DNA from: Octopus sinensis | Lineage: Eukaryota | Assembly: GCF_006345805.1 (NCBI RefSeq) | Contig: NC_042999.1 | Coordinates: 123,628,001-123,692,000 of the forward strand | Direction of reading: 5' to 3' | Length of the DNA: 64,000 bases | In this document: positions 10,203 to 22,870 of the stretch, one piece after another | How positions within the stretch are numbered: position 1 is the stretch's first letter | Layout: every line of letters starts with the position of its first letter | Made by a program: the position numbers and the translations under genes | The notes under the pieces: model-generated | What the model was told of the DNA's origin: nothing | Seen by the model: the letters and a program-made list of their open reading frames with translations, nothing else | Database searches by the model: none

Positions 10203-13066
10203 GAAGGATCTGGAAGCTTAAAGATCCTGCAAATGGACAGAGATTTAGGGACATATTACTTGAAGCCTCTGACGAAGTAGAAGGGGATAGAGCATCACAG
10301 GGGGTAGAAGACAGCTGGACGTTTCTAAGGGACAACCTGCTGAGAGCCACTGACCAGATCTGTGGCTGGTGCAAAGTCCCCTCTCGACCTAGAATAACGT
10401 GGTGGTGGAACAATATGTAGACAGGGCTATTAGAGAAAAGAGACAGGCTTGGAAGGTCTGGAAAAATGGGGGTAGCAGGGAATTGTATCAGACTGCCAAA
10501 AGAGAAGCTAGGAGACAGGTTTATTTAGCCAGAGGGGAAGCAGATAAGAAAAAATTTGCCAATGTTCTGCGCCGTGAGGACCAAAGACTGGAGGTGTTTC
10601 GTGTTGCAAGACAGTGTTTGAGAGAGAATCGTGATGTGGTAGGAGAGAAGTGTGTTCGCATGGAAGATGGTTCACTTGCGCTAAATGAGGATGCGAAGAG
10701 AGAGGTTTGGAGATGCCACTATGAAAGGTTGCTGAATGAAGAAAATGAATGGGATAAAGAGAGTCTGCCGAATGTTGACCCAACAGAGGGACCAGCTATC
10801 CGAGTTGATAGTTCTGTGGTAGCTAAGGCAATTAGAAGCATGAAGACAGGGAAAGCCCCAGGCCCATCAGGAATCACTGCAGAGATGCTCAAAATGTCTG
10901 GTAGTGTCGGCTATAGCCTAGTCACCCATATAGTTAATCAGGTGATACACAAAGGGGTCATACCCAATGACTGGTGTAGCAGTATAATAGTCAACTGCTA
11001 CAAAGGTAAAGGTGATGCCCTAGATACAAATAACTACAGAGGTATCAAGCTGTTGGACCAGGTGATGAAGGTTACGGAGAGGGTCATAGCCCAACTAATT
11101 AGAGAGAGAGTTAGTTTAGATGAGATGCAGTTTGGGTTTGTGCCAGGGAAAAGTACTACTGATGCTATATTCCTGGTAAGGCAGCTGCAGGAGAAATACC
11201 TAGCCAAAGATAAGCCCCTGTACCTGGCTTTTGTTGACATGGAGAAAGCCTTCGACAAGGTCCCCCGATCCCTTATCTGGTGGGCAATGAGAAAACTAGG
11301 GATAGATGAATGGTTAGTGAGAGCTGTGCGGGCCATGTATAGGGACGCCGCTAGTAGGGTGAGGGTTGGAAATGAGTACAGTGAAGAATTCCGGATAGAG
11401 GTAGGGGTCCACCAAGGCTCAGTACTCAGCCCCCTCCTATTTATCATAGTCCTCCAGGCAATAACGGAGGAATTCAAGACAGGATGCCCTTGGGAGCTCC
11501 TCTATGCTGATGACCTTGCTCTAATTGCTGAGTCGCTATCAGAACTGGAGGAGAAGTTTCAGGTGTGGAAACAAGGATTAGAATCGAAGGGCCTCAGAGT
11601 CAATCTAGCTAAAACCAAAGTCGTAATCAGTAGGAAGGTAGACAAATCACAAACACCTTCAGGTAGATGGCCCTGCTCGATCTGTAGAAAAGGTGTAGGT
11701 AGAAACTCTATAAGATGCACCAAGTGTAAGCTATGGACACATAAGAGATGCAGCAATGTCAAAGGAAGGCTAACTAGGAAGATATTTTTGTATGTGGCAG
11801 ATGCTCAGGAACAATAAACACTGAAAATGCTCTGAGACCAACTTCCGTCACTTTCCAGGGAGAAAAACTAGAAATAGTTGATAGTTTCCGTTACCTAGGT
11901 GACCAAGTCAGCAGCGGGGGGGGGTGTGCTGAAAGTGTAACTGCTAGAGTAAGAATAGCTTGGGCAAAGTTCAGAGAGCTCTTACCTCTGCTGGTGACAA
12001 AAGGCCTCTCGCACAGAGTGAAAGGCAGACTGTATGATGCGTGTGTACGAACAGCCATGCTACATGGCAGTGAAACATGGGCCGTGACTGCTGAGGATAT
12101 GCGTAAGCTCGCTAGAAATGAAGCCAGTATGCTCCGATGGATGTGTAATGCCGGTACTCACACTCGGCAGAGTGTAAGTACCTTGAGAGAAAAGCTGGAC
12201 CTAAGAAGCATTAGTTGTGGTGTGCAAGAGAGACGTTTGCGCTGGTATGGTCATGTGGCCAGAATGGATGAAGATAGTTGTGTGAAAAAGTGCCACACCC
12301 TAGCGGTTGAGGGAACCTGTGGAAGAGGCAGACCCAGGAAAACCTGGGACGAGGTGGTGAAGCACGACCTTCGAACTTTAGGTCTCACTGAGGAAATGAC
12401 TAGAGACCGAGACCTCTGGAAGTGTGCTGTGCGCGAGAAGACCCGGCAGGACAAGTGAGTCCACAACCCGTGGCCTTCTACATGGGATGGAGCCAGCCTA
12501 CGTATGCATACCTTCCCTTTTGGGACACAAAACTCTACTTGTGAAGACGTGTTGAGGCAAGTGAGGATCAGAATTGAAATCGATCAATGGAAATTGCGGA
12601 TGTGCTACCAGTGCTGGTGGCATGTCGAAACTCTGCTTGTGAAGACCCATTGAGGCAAGTGAGGATCAGAATCGAATCGATCAATGGAAATCGATCAATG
12701 GAAATTGCAGATGTGTTACCAGTGCCGGTGGCATGTAAGAGAACTTTCCGTTTCGCGACCGTTGCCAGCACCGCCCCGTTTCGTGTCCGTTGCCAGCCTC
12801 GCCTGGCCCTCGTGCCGGTGGCACATAAAAAGCACCATCTGTTCGTGGCCGTTTGCCAGCTCTGTCTGACACCAGTGCGGGTGGCACGTAAAAAGCACCC
12901 ACTACACTCACGGAGTGGTTGGCGTTAGGAAGGGCATCCAGCCGTAGAAACACTGCCAGATTTGACTGGGCCTGATGAAGCCTTCTGGCTTCACAGACCC
13001 CAGTAGAACCGTCCAACCCATGCTAGCATGGAAAACGGACGCTAAATGATGATGATGATGATGATG
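10202..13066 (+). mobile_element. RTE-clade LINE, 5'-truncated (no APE domain visible), relatively young
   Basis: RT motifs NYRGIKLL, QFGF, DMEKAFD, GVHQGSVLSP, LYADD; C-terminus RWYGHVARM..RGRPRKTW; (ATG)n tail; single-base frameshifts near 10417 and 11787. Confidence 0.95.
10399..11817 (+). pseudogene. RTE reverse transcriptase reading frame (between two frameshifts; continues to 12458 in another frame)
   Basis: 472-aa ORF with a complete RT domain and the start of a Cys/His finger. Confidence 0.9.
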
Positions 13067-13235
13067 AATAATAAATATTAGGGAATAAATCCAAATTTAC
13101 AGGGAAAAAATCAGATTTAGGATTAAATCCAATTTTATAGTCAAATATTATATAATATTAATTCGAGACAAAACCACTATTTTGCAAAACAAACAAGGAA
13201 AGACTTAATCAATACATAAAAATTTTAATATGAAA

Positions 13236-13266
<31 letters not shown>

Positions 13267-14649
13267 ATATATATGTCCATGTTTGCACATGTACACGCAC
13301 ACACACACACACACACATGCACACACGTGCAAACACACACACACACAAACTGAAATAATAAACAGCAAAAGAACAAAAGGCAAGGAAACATAACAATCCC
13401 CTCATTAGCCATGGAAATCCAGACTACAAGCACAGTTTCAGTACATTCAAAGTCCAAATACTTTAAATTCTATGGTACCACTCATCTCATTACACTAGTT
13501 ATATGGGGAAAATAAGGACAAAACAAGAAAGGCAACAAAATACAAGTATGATAGAAAATTAAGGTAAGAAAAATACAATGAGGGAATATCTATACATACT
13601 CACAAACAGGCACACAAGCGTATACAGATGAACTTAAAACAAATACCCCACACAAGGTAGAATTGCTCCATTTTGAGTGGGGTTTAAAGTTTTTTTTTTC
13701 TTTTTGCACCACACATTTCAAAACAATAGAGAGAAGACTTTTCAAAAGTCTTCATAATCCATAATTTTTAAACATCTACCTCTCCTTCCCTCTTCCTTGT
13801 GTTTTCACAACAACCATTACCACTAAAAAATTTTCCTCTCTTATATTACAGTATTCCATATTCTGAAACTCATGTCCTACATATTTTTAGAGCAAAAAAA
13901 TGTTTAAATCCATGTATTTTAAATGCCTTGGAACAGCAAACACCAATAAAAGGATATTTTTTTTGTCATTTTTAATTATTTTATTGTATTCCACATTCTA
14001 AAACACTTCCAACTTGCATTAGAAAATTCTTACCCTCTTCCTTCTTCATTGTATCTTTCCCAATTAAATTGAATTTTTTCATTATTCTTCATGTTTTTTT
14101 TTTCTTATTTTTACCAAACTGTAAAAAAACTTTTTCCTTCACAACATAGAAATTAAATCAAGATAAAAACAAGAATATATTAACACCTGATTTACTATGA
14201 CATAATTCCTGTCAAATTTTGCAAACCAGTTTCTCATTTCCCACACAAAACAAAAACAAATATGAATATGGCCTTTTAGGAATATGGCCTTTTATTTTTC
14301 AATTAAAATATATAAATATATTCTTTTTTACATCTAAAAACCACTTTTATACATAGTTTAAAATTTAAAATTTTATTTTAGAAACCAACTTGTATTTTCT
14401 TTTTAATTGTGAAAGATATGATGAAAGAGAAGGAACAGGTCAAGATTTCTTTTTTTTAATCTGCAAATGTTTCAGAATATGAAATACTATGAATTAAGGA
14501 AAACGAAAATATCATATGGTGACTGCTGATCCAAAGACATGATGAAGGTGGCAGAGCAGAAGTTAAAAATACAGTTATGGATTCAGTAATTTTTTTCTAA
14601 AAAAGGCTTCCTCCCATTGTTTTGAATTGAAATGTGTGTGTGTGTGTGT

Positions 14650-15020
14650 GATTTTTCTTTGATTCTTATTTAAGTTCTTAGAGTTCAAGCCAGTTATTAA
14701 CAAAGCGATACAACTTTGAGTTAAGAAAGTTCCTCGTGTATATAAATATGTGATTGAGTTGGTGTGGTTGAGCTGTTGATGAAAGTACCCAAGTGTATAT
14801 ATCTATTCACCTAAAGAATCTTGGAAAAAGAATCTTTGAAATATCTTACAAATCTTCATTGTGCCACTAATAGATTGGATTTGGAGAAACTGTGTCAGTT
14901 TCTTGTGCTCTTTCTTCAAAACATTTAGTATCTCTATGTTTCTGTGTAAATTTGTTGCTACATAGACTAATGCACTTATAATGATAGATACAAATGAGAT
15001 TTTACAATCAGAGTGCAAGA
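14650..15020 (-). mobile_element. 3' end of a restriction-like-endonuclease (RLE) non-LTR retrotransposon
   Basis: ORF ..IIISAL..LQIQSISGTMKICKIF; ORF end and 3' UTR match the reverse complement of 52275-52650. Confidence 0.75.
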
Positions 15021-15129
15021 GCTATAAGTTCCACATTAATTCACCATAAATGTATGATATGGTTGATAGAGTGGTATATGCTGAGAGACAAGATTGATAA
15101 ACTTGGAAGGAAGGTGGTAGTAAGGAACA

Positions 15130-16010
15130 GGATCAAATAGCTAGAAGAGTATCTTATCAACAAGTATACTTAGCTTAGGGGAAGACAGAAAGAAAGAAAT
15201 TTGTGCACATTCAGCATCATGAGGAACAGGGGCATGAAGTGTTCAGAATTGTGAAACAAAGTACGAGAGATAACCAAGATGACATTGGTGAAAAGTATGT
15301 TCATGATGATGTCATATTCACCATTAATATGGAAGACAAGAAAGTGGTGTGGAAGAGCTATTATGAGAAGCTGCTAAATGTGGATTGTGCATGGGATAAA
15401 GTAGGGGCTGTCTCATACTACATCATGTGACCTCATGATCTGAGAAAAGGACCAGCAATTCATGTTGACAGCAATGTGAAAGTTAAAGCAATCAAGAACA
15501 TGAAGAGAGGGAAAGCTGCAGTTGCATCAGGGATAGTTGCAGAAATGTTTAAAGTGTTTGGTGAGGTAGGACACATGATTACTACTTGGATAGTTGATCA
15601 TGCCATAGAAGAAATAGTCATACCCAGCGAATGGCATAGCAGTATCATTATAAACTACTACGAAAGCAAAGGAGATGTTAGACAAAAGAAGAATCAAACT
15701 ACTAAATCAGATTATGATGGTCATGAAGAGAGTTACAATACAAATTGGTCTGCAGCAGAGTAGACTTAGATGAGATGCAAGTTTGGTTTCATGTTTGGAA
15801 GAGATATCATAGATGCAATCTTCCTAGGGAAGCAACTATAAGAGAAATACTTAACTAAGAGTAAACCATTAATCTTAACATTCATTGATTTGAAGTATGC
15901 ATCTGACAGAGTTTCATGTTCAGTAGTTTCGTGGTCACTAAGGAAAGTGGGAGTAGGAAAATGTTTTGTGAGTGCTGTACAAGCTATGTGCAAAGATGCA
16001 GTAAGTGAGA
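15130..16010 (+). mobile_element. Degraded RTE LINE fragment
   Basis: EVFRIVKQ..EKYV..WKSYYEKLLN and KAIKNMKRGKA..GIVAEMFK are homologous to the 10399 ORF. Confidence 0.8.
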
Positions 16011-16759
16011 TATCTTAGTTGAATAGCATGAAAATTTTAGAGAAGAATAATTGGGATGTTAATAATTCACTCTTAGTTTCTATTTTAATAACTACATGTT
16101 GTTGCATGGTTTGCTAATTACACTTTAGCATTACTTTTAATTGGAATTCTTAGAGAATTTAAGTTTGGGAAACCTTATGTCTGCACAAGCCTATATTTTC
16201 ATTCCTTTGATTTAGTAGTTTGCTAAGTAATTTACTCAGTATGTGTGTGTGTGCACATGTGTGTGTGCATGCGCTACTATCTCTTTGCCTTGACCATTGT
16301 ATAATAAGATTAAACAAGTGTCACTGTGATGCCAGCAGTGTCTTTTGTTCCCAGTCTTCCTCAAAAACATATCTGGGCATTGGGAAATATTACCTTTCTT
16401 GGAAATAGGTAAGAGTAGCAACAGAAAGGGCATCCAGCTGTAGACAATCTGACATGATAAATTTCGCCCAATCCATGTGAGCATGGAAAAAATAAATGTT
16501 AAAATGGTGATATGATATATTTATATATTACCATTATTATGAATTTGCAGAAGTTACAGAGTGACTCAAGGATCAAGAACTTCATGCATCAGTAATGCAT
16601 GAAACTCTCAGCTCTTGAGTCATACTGTAACTCCTGCTCACTAATAAAATAATACATATATACTCATGCTTTGAATTTTATTTTCCTATTTGTATTACCA
16701 AACCTATATCCACACATGCACACACACTCACATATATATATATGATGAATCTAAGGTGT

Positions 16760-16960
16760 AGTACAAGAGGGGGTCAGACTCTGCATAAGGAGTAGACAAC
16801 CAACATATATATAGTGATCAAACGTTTGTGTAGACATAAGCTCACTCCCTCCATCAAATTGACATTACCTGTACAGGTGAAACTGGGTGCCACATGTCAG
16901 ATGTTGAAATGATCGCAGAGCAATGTGAAATGAAGTGCTTTGCTCAAGAACATGAGGCAA
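16760..16960 (-). mobile_element. SINE fragment related to family D
   Basis: Reverse complement contains ttcttgagcaaagcacttcatttcacattgctc, similar to the core at 24820. Confidence 0.55.
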
Positions 16961-16964
16961 TGCA

Positions 16965-18189
16965 CGTTTGAACCATGAAGTATTTGTACCGGAATTTTGC
17001 AGAGTTTTAAATTTTTTTAAACAATTTTTTTAAAATGGTCTGATAATACAGACATAGACTTGCTGAAATGCATCAATGAATTAACATTGATATTTTTTTT
17101 CACTATAGTTACAATCATCTGAAATGGAACTGTCAAGGCACGATATTCAAGCAATTTTGTTATTTAACTTCAAAAAAGGATGTAATGCAGCTAAAACTGC
17201 TTGCAATATCAACGAAACGTTTGGTGAGAAAATGACCAGTGAGTGGTTAGCTCGAAAATGGTTTAAACGATTTCACAGTAGAGACCTGAACCTTGAAGAT
17301 CATGAGTGTAGTGGACGCCCATCTGTCATAAATGACAGTCAATTAAAGACTATCATTGAGAAATTTCCACGAAAAACCACATAAGAACTGGCAAAAGAAC
17401 TTCAAGTTAGCCAGAAAACTGCCTGCAACCATTTTCATGCGATCAGAAAATCAAAAACGCTCAACAAATGGGTACCACACTATTTGAATGAAACTCAGAA
17501 AATGTGCAAATATGAAATTTGCTCGTCACTTCTTCTCCGTAACCAGACATTTATTCTTCGACTGTATTACAACTTGCAATGAAAAATGGTTTCTGTACAA
17601 TAATAAAAAACGTTCTTTGCAGTGGCTGGACCAAAATGAAACACCAAAAACCTTCCCTAAACTCGAGCTCTTCAAAAAGAAGGTTATGTGACTGTTTGGT
17701 GGTGTACTGTTGGACTCATCCACTATAACTTCTTAAAACCCAGAAAAACCATCACTGAAGTAACATATTGCCACAAAATTACCAAAATGAATGAAAAACT
17801 GTTACTCCTCCATCCCAATCTGGTCAACAGAATATCAATCATTCTTCATGACAATGCTCGACCACACGTTTCCCTAATAACGCTGCAAAAGTTGAGGTAA
17901 CTTGGCTATGAAGCTCTTCTCCACCCAGCTTATTCCCCAGACCTTTCTCCTACCGACTACTACTTTTCCAGGCACCTTGATGGTTTCCACTGAGAGAAGC
18001 TCAAAAATCAAACCGATGCCGAAAGTGCAAAGGGTTTATCAGCTCCAAACTGCAGAATAAACAAACTTATAACAAGTTGGCAAATATGTGTTGATTGTAA
18101 TGGTACTTACTTTGATGAATAAAATTTCCGCATTGTTGGAATATATAGTGATGAATTTCATGTTTCAAAACGTTGCTTACTTTTTATTC

Positions 18190-18196
<7 letters not shown>
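16965..18196 (+). mobile_element. Mariner (DD34D-type) transposon, decayed
   Basis: HTH region ORF 17124-17384; WVPH, NEKW, HDNARPH and YSPDLSPTDY motifs; 3' end ..ttattcactctga followed by TA; 5' TIR only partial. Confidence 0.9.
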
Positions 18197-18237
<41 letters not shown>

Positions 18238-18263
18238 TAATATGTTACATTACTCGATAGTCA

Positions 18264-18323
18264 AGATAAAACTCTGAGTTTCAGATGCCGAAGTGGGAAT
18301 CCACGACATCTCTTCGGTTATCT
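18264..18323 (-). ncRNA. Hammerhead-ribozyme-like motif, family 2
   Basis: AGAUAA-CCGAAGA-GAUG..CAUC-U-GAA-ACUC-A-GAGU-U-UUAUCU: 6-bp stem I, stem II with extended loop, near-palindromic stem III. Confidence 0.55.
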
Positions 18324-18734
18324 GGCTATTTATATGTATATATATATACTGTAATGGAGAAAGCAATTATTAAAGGGTTGACGGTCTGGAAATATTTTTA
18401 TAAACTCATGTTCTAAGAAATTTCCTATAATTTCTATTTCTCAAGCTTAATGAATTTTTTAATTCCAATTTCTCATAAATGTAAATATTCATTGCATTCA
18501 CTGCATCCTATTCTTCTCATATTTAAATATGCCTTGCATTCACTGCGGAATAAATCTCTCACTTTCTCTTTTAAGTTTTAATTCACTTTTAATGTATACA
18601 TAATGTAAAAACATTATTTATCTAATGAAATTTTTTTAAATACCCGTATAATTTTTGAACGCGGGATAGCTGTGAGAAGAGCCTAGAAAGTTGGGTAATT
18701 ACTATTGGAAGACAAGGAGAAAAAATAAAAAGTT

Positions 18735-19135
18735 ACCGACAAGTACTTGAAACTTGAAATTTCGTCTGTCTTTGCGTTCTGAGTTCAAATTCCGCCGAGA
18801 TCGACTTGGCTCTTCATCCTTTCAGATGTGTATTGGGGTTGATCTAATTGACTGTCCCCTTCCCAAAAATTTCGGGCCTTGTGCCTAGAGTAAAAAAGAA
18901 TATATACACAAACAAAGCTGGCGAGCTAGCAAAAACGTTAGCACGCCAGGCGAAATGCATAGCTGTATTTCGTCTGTCTTTACGTTCTGTGTTCAAATTC
19001 CGCCAAGGTCGACTTTGCCTTTCATTCTTTTGGGGTCGATAAATTAAGTACCAGTTGCGTACTGAGGTTGATCTAATCGACTGGCCCCCTCCCCTAAAAT
19101 TTCGAGCCTTGTGCCTAGAGTAAAAAAGAATATAT
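18735..19135 (+). mobile_element. Two tandem tRNA-SINE family B copies, CpG-retaining
   Basis: ggcgagctagc..gttagcacgcc..gttcaaattccgcc..gtcgactttgcctttcat; shared tail gccttgtgcctagagtaaaaaagaatat. Confidence 0.85.
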
Positions 19136-19702
19136 ACACAAACAAGTTGCATGAGCAATTTCAACGGTGACACACACACTCACACATTCACGCACACACA
19201 TAGATATGTATACACACATCTGAAAGGCAATGAATGTGTGTGTGCGTGTGTGCTGTTCACTGACAAAACTTCGTACTACATTACTTTTGTGAAGTTCTGT
19301 CACGGTTTCAAAGCGACGAAAATATTTTGACACAAATGAAGTTTAATGTTGAAGTGAAACTAACAGTATTTATGTGTTCTTAAATGGCTTACAAACATCT
19401 TTTACGCTGCAATTGCTTTTGTTTCAGCACACGATCTCAGATCAAGTCACTTGCTATGCAAGTACATCGTAATTTTTTAAAATCGCTGTGGATAAATTCC
19501 AGCAATGACCTTCTCAGGCTTCCAGTATTTTAATTTCTAAGCAAAAACAATCGGAGGCAGGGAGTGGGGTTGCAAAAATTCATTTTTTCTCAAATTTTCT
19601 TTTTAAAGAATATAAATGTATTTATGGGGGGAAAATATAGGAAAATATCAATACATGCGAGAGTGATTAAGAAACGAGGAGGGTTGTCTTTGGATGTGCA
19701 AG

Positions 19703-19926
19703 AAACAACAGCCAAATCGCCCTTAAATCACTTCCCTCAGAAAATATTAACATTTTTTTTTTACTGAAAATGCTTTCCCTGCGGTTTTGAAGAACAAAAT
19801 AAAAAAAAATTGGCCAAAATAGGTCCGAAGTGGGATGCAAAACCGCAGGGAAAGCATTTTCGGTAAAAAAAAAATGTTAATATTTTCTGAGGGAAAAGTG
19901 ATTTAAGGGCGATTTGGCTGTTGTTT
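19703..19926. repeat. Near-perfect inverted repeat, arms about 87 bp, 48-bp spacer
   Basis: 19703-19789 versus reverse complement of 19838-19926. Confidence 0.9.
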
Positions 19927-20397
19927 GAAAAAATTTATTTTTTACACCCCACCGCAAAACTTTTTTCATACAAAGATGCCTCCTCCACCAACCCCATCAT
20001 TTCGAATGCTGTGGTTTAAAAACAAAAAATGGGGAAAATCCCTAAAGAAACTTTTCCCTACAAATTTCTTTATAATCGTAATCTAGGCAGTTTGAAAGAG
20101 ATTTGTATAAATTTTCATTAAAAGACACCCATCTTCCTGAAAGTTAGAGGGAAAAAAGTGAAATTGTGTGAATTATCTGAAACTCCTCCCTCCACCCCTC
20201 ACAAAAATTCTTTCCCATAAATCACTATATACTCTGAAGCTACATCTAATCGGTATTTGTAGAAAGTTTTTTTAAAAAGTATTCATTTTTCTGGATGTTA
20301 GGAGGCAACAAAGTCGGGGGCATACACATCTGTAGTAACGCCCTTTTGATTATATGATGTTTTTATTTCATGCTTATTTCATCCATTGTTTGTAATG

Positions 20398-20436
<39 letters not shown>

Positions 20437-21964
20437 GCTGCAAATCTTACAGATGTAGTGCTGAATTGAAATCTCTATGTTGCTTTGAAGGGAAGGTAAA
20501 ACTTGACAAACTGCTTCTCCCTCTGTTGTTGGACTACCATGATGTTTGTTTAAAAAAGAGAGATTATGATGGTGATAAAATAATGAAAGCAATATTTACT
20601 AAGTAAGTGAGCACTATTATACAAAGAAATAATTAGATATACAATATAAAAATTATTGGAATTAGGAATCAAATGTGAAAAAATATCAAGGTGCTAGTAT
20701 ATACATATACATATATATATGTATATGTATATATGCATGTGTATATACATATGTATGTGTGTGTGTGTATATATATATATCACATATATATATATATATC
20801 TAATATCTCTCCACCATATATATATATATTTATATATATACATATATATGTTGTGTATATTATAAATATATATATATACATATAATACATATGTACATAT
20901 CTAATACCTCTCTCTATACACACATACACATAGACCGATAAATAGTTATATCCGTGTATACATAAACTGACAAACAGCTAGATATGTAGACATTATAATG
21001 ATGATGATAATGAAAAAGGTGGATATATACACATATATATATGCATCTTTAGACATATTATGCATGTGTGTGTTGGTGCATGTTACATCTGAAAGAGGGA
21101 TAGAGAGAGAGATGGAAAGAGAGAGGGAGAGAGCGAGAAAGAGATAGGGAGAGAGAGGGGAAAAGGGAGCAAGAGAGAGAATGTAAGTGATAAGTAGATG
21201 TATATGTGTAAACATAACACACAGATTTACATTTGTTTTTGTATGTGTGTTCACACTCATTCACATGCACTTATCATATTGTGGAAAAGAGACCAGGTGC
21301 AGGTAACAGCTAACATCCCAGACTGAACTGATTCGTTTTCCTTGCTAAATGTCAACATGTTTTGCTATCATACTTCTATGTTATCTTTCTAGATTGTTTC
21401 CTTTTGTAGAAAGAAATTCTTCAGTAATACTTCCTCATATTTTTCTTATATCTCTGTTTATGCTACATTGCATGCATATTAGCTTTCATTCTAATGCCCA
21501 CTCAAACAGCCACTCTCAGCTCTACCCCTTACATTTCACAATAAGGAAACATATGTTAGATCAAGACAATAGCCAACTATCACTTATATCTTCCCATCAT
21601 AACTGTATATATTCCAACACTCTGTTGAAGTATTCCCTTATTTGTACATGTTACTCACAGTTGTCATGGCTTATATCCAAGTCAGCTTTGATTGAATACA
21701 TCAATCTTTTATCATTTATCTTCTATGGTTTATCTTTTACCTGTTTCCGTCATGAGACTTTGGCCATGCTGGGGCATCGCCTTGAAGAATTTTCAGTTGA
21801 GCAAATCAACCCCAGTATTTATTTTTTTATTTTTATTTTTTAATCTGGTTCTTATTCAATAGATATCATAACTTATAGCTATCATAACTAATAACTATCA
21901 AGAGACTATATATGAAATTAATATTTCAACAACAATAATAATAATAACAACAATAATAATAATG

Positions 21965-21998
<34 letters not shown>

Positions 21999-22589
21999 CA
22001 CTCATATACACACATGCACACAAGGGCTCAGTTGGGCTGGAATCCCATCAAAAGACAATTACCCAATGTGTTATGCAGTAGGACTGAACACTGAACCATG
22101 TGGTTGGGGACCAAACTTCTTACCACTGTCACGCCTGTGCCCATATGAGTATGAACATTTAAGCTATAAACAATTTTATTTCAAAGCATAGAATATACTG
22201 GCCAAATGAATATGTCCTTCCTTTTTTAAAATGGCAGGCTAAGATTTGAGGGGAGGTTTCTAGAAGTTCATTTGATCAAATAAGTGGCCCCTTTCTCTTT
22301 CATTTCGATAATTCCAGTCTCCTGGGAGTGTACAGGGACATCTATACTATGTTCATGACTACAAATACATCAAATATATATAAGAGAGTGTTTGTGTATG
22401 TGTATATGTGTGTGTAGTGTATGTCTGTATGTACATGCCTGGTGTATATTTCTGTGTGTGTATGCATGCATGTATGTATATACATACACATGCACATGAG
22501 TGTGTGAATTTGTGTGTGTGTGTGTGTGTGTGTGTTTGCATGTTTTTTGCAATCCAAGAGCAAGACATAGCTATAAAGCACCTCACAAA

Positions 22590-22870
22590 CAAGCAGTAAC
22601 AACAAAGCCCTTAAACTCCTAAGATGCAACAGTAAAATGTCGACTATGTCAGTTTTCTGTGGAAGATACAGGTAATCAACAGCTACCCAAAAATGTGACA
22701 TGATGCCATAAGTGAAACCCTCCACTGGAAAAACTGACCTAGGATTAATATAAACATATTTCTACTATTGAATCAACACAATGAATATTGGTTGGACATT
22801 ACCATTAAAACTTTCTAGGTGCAATCCCATAGTCATTCATGACTGGAGAGTGTTTTTACAAATGGCAATC
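22590..22870 (+). mobile_element. Decayed RLE-type LINE fragment (CCHC region)
   Basis: VKCRLCQFSVED.. and NEYWLDITIKT resemble the 51900-52150 translation. Confidence 0.5.

Noticed and set aside
12971-12995. CTGATGA followed by a stem (agcc-ttct-ggct) in the RTE tail
   Set aside because: No GAAA follows; the sister copy at about 49074 reads ctgatgc, so this is a point variant
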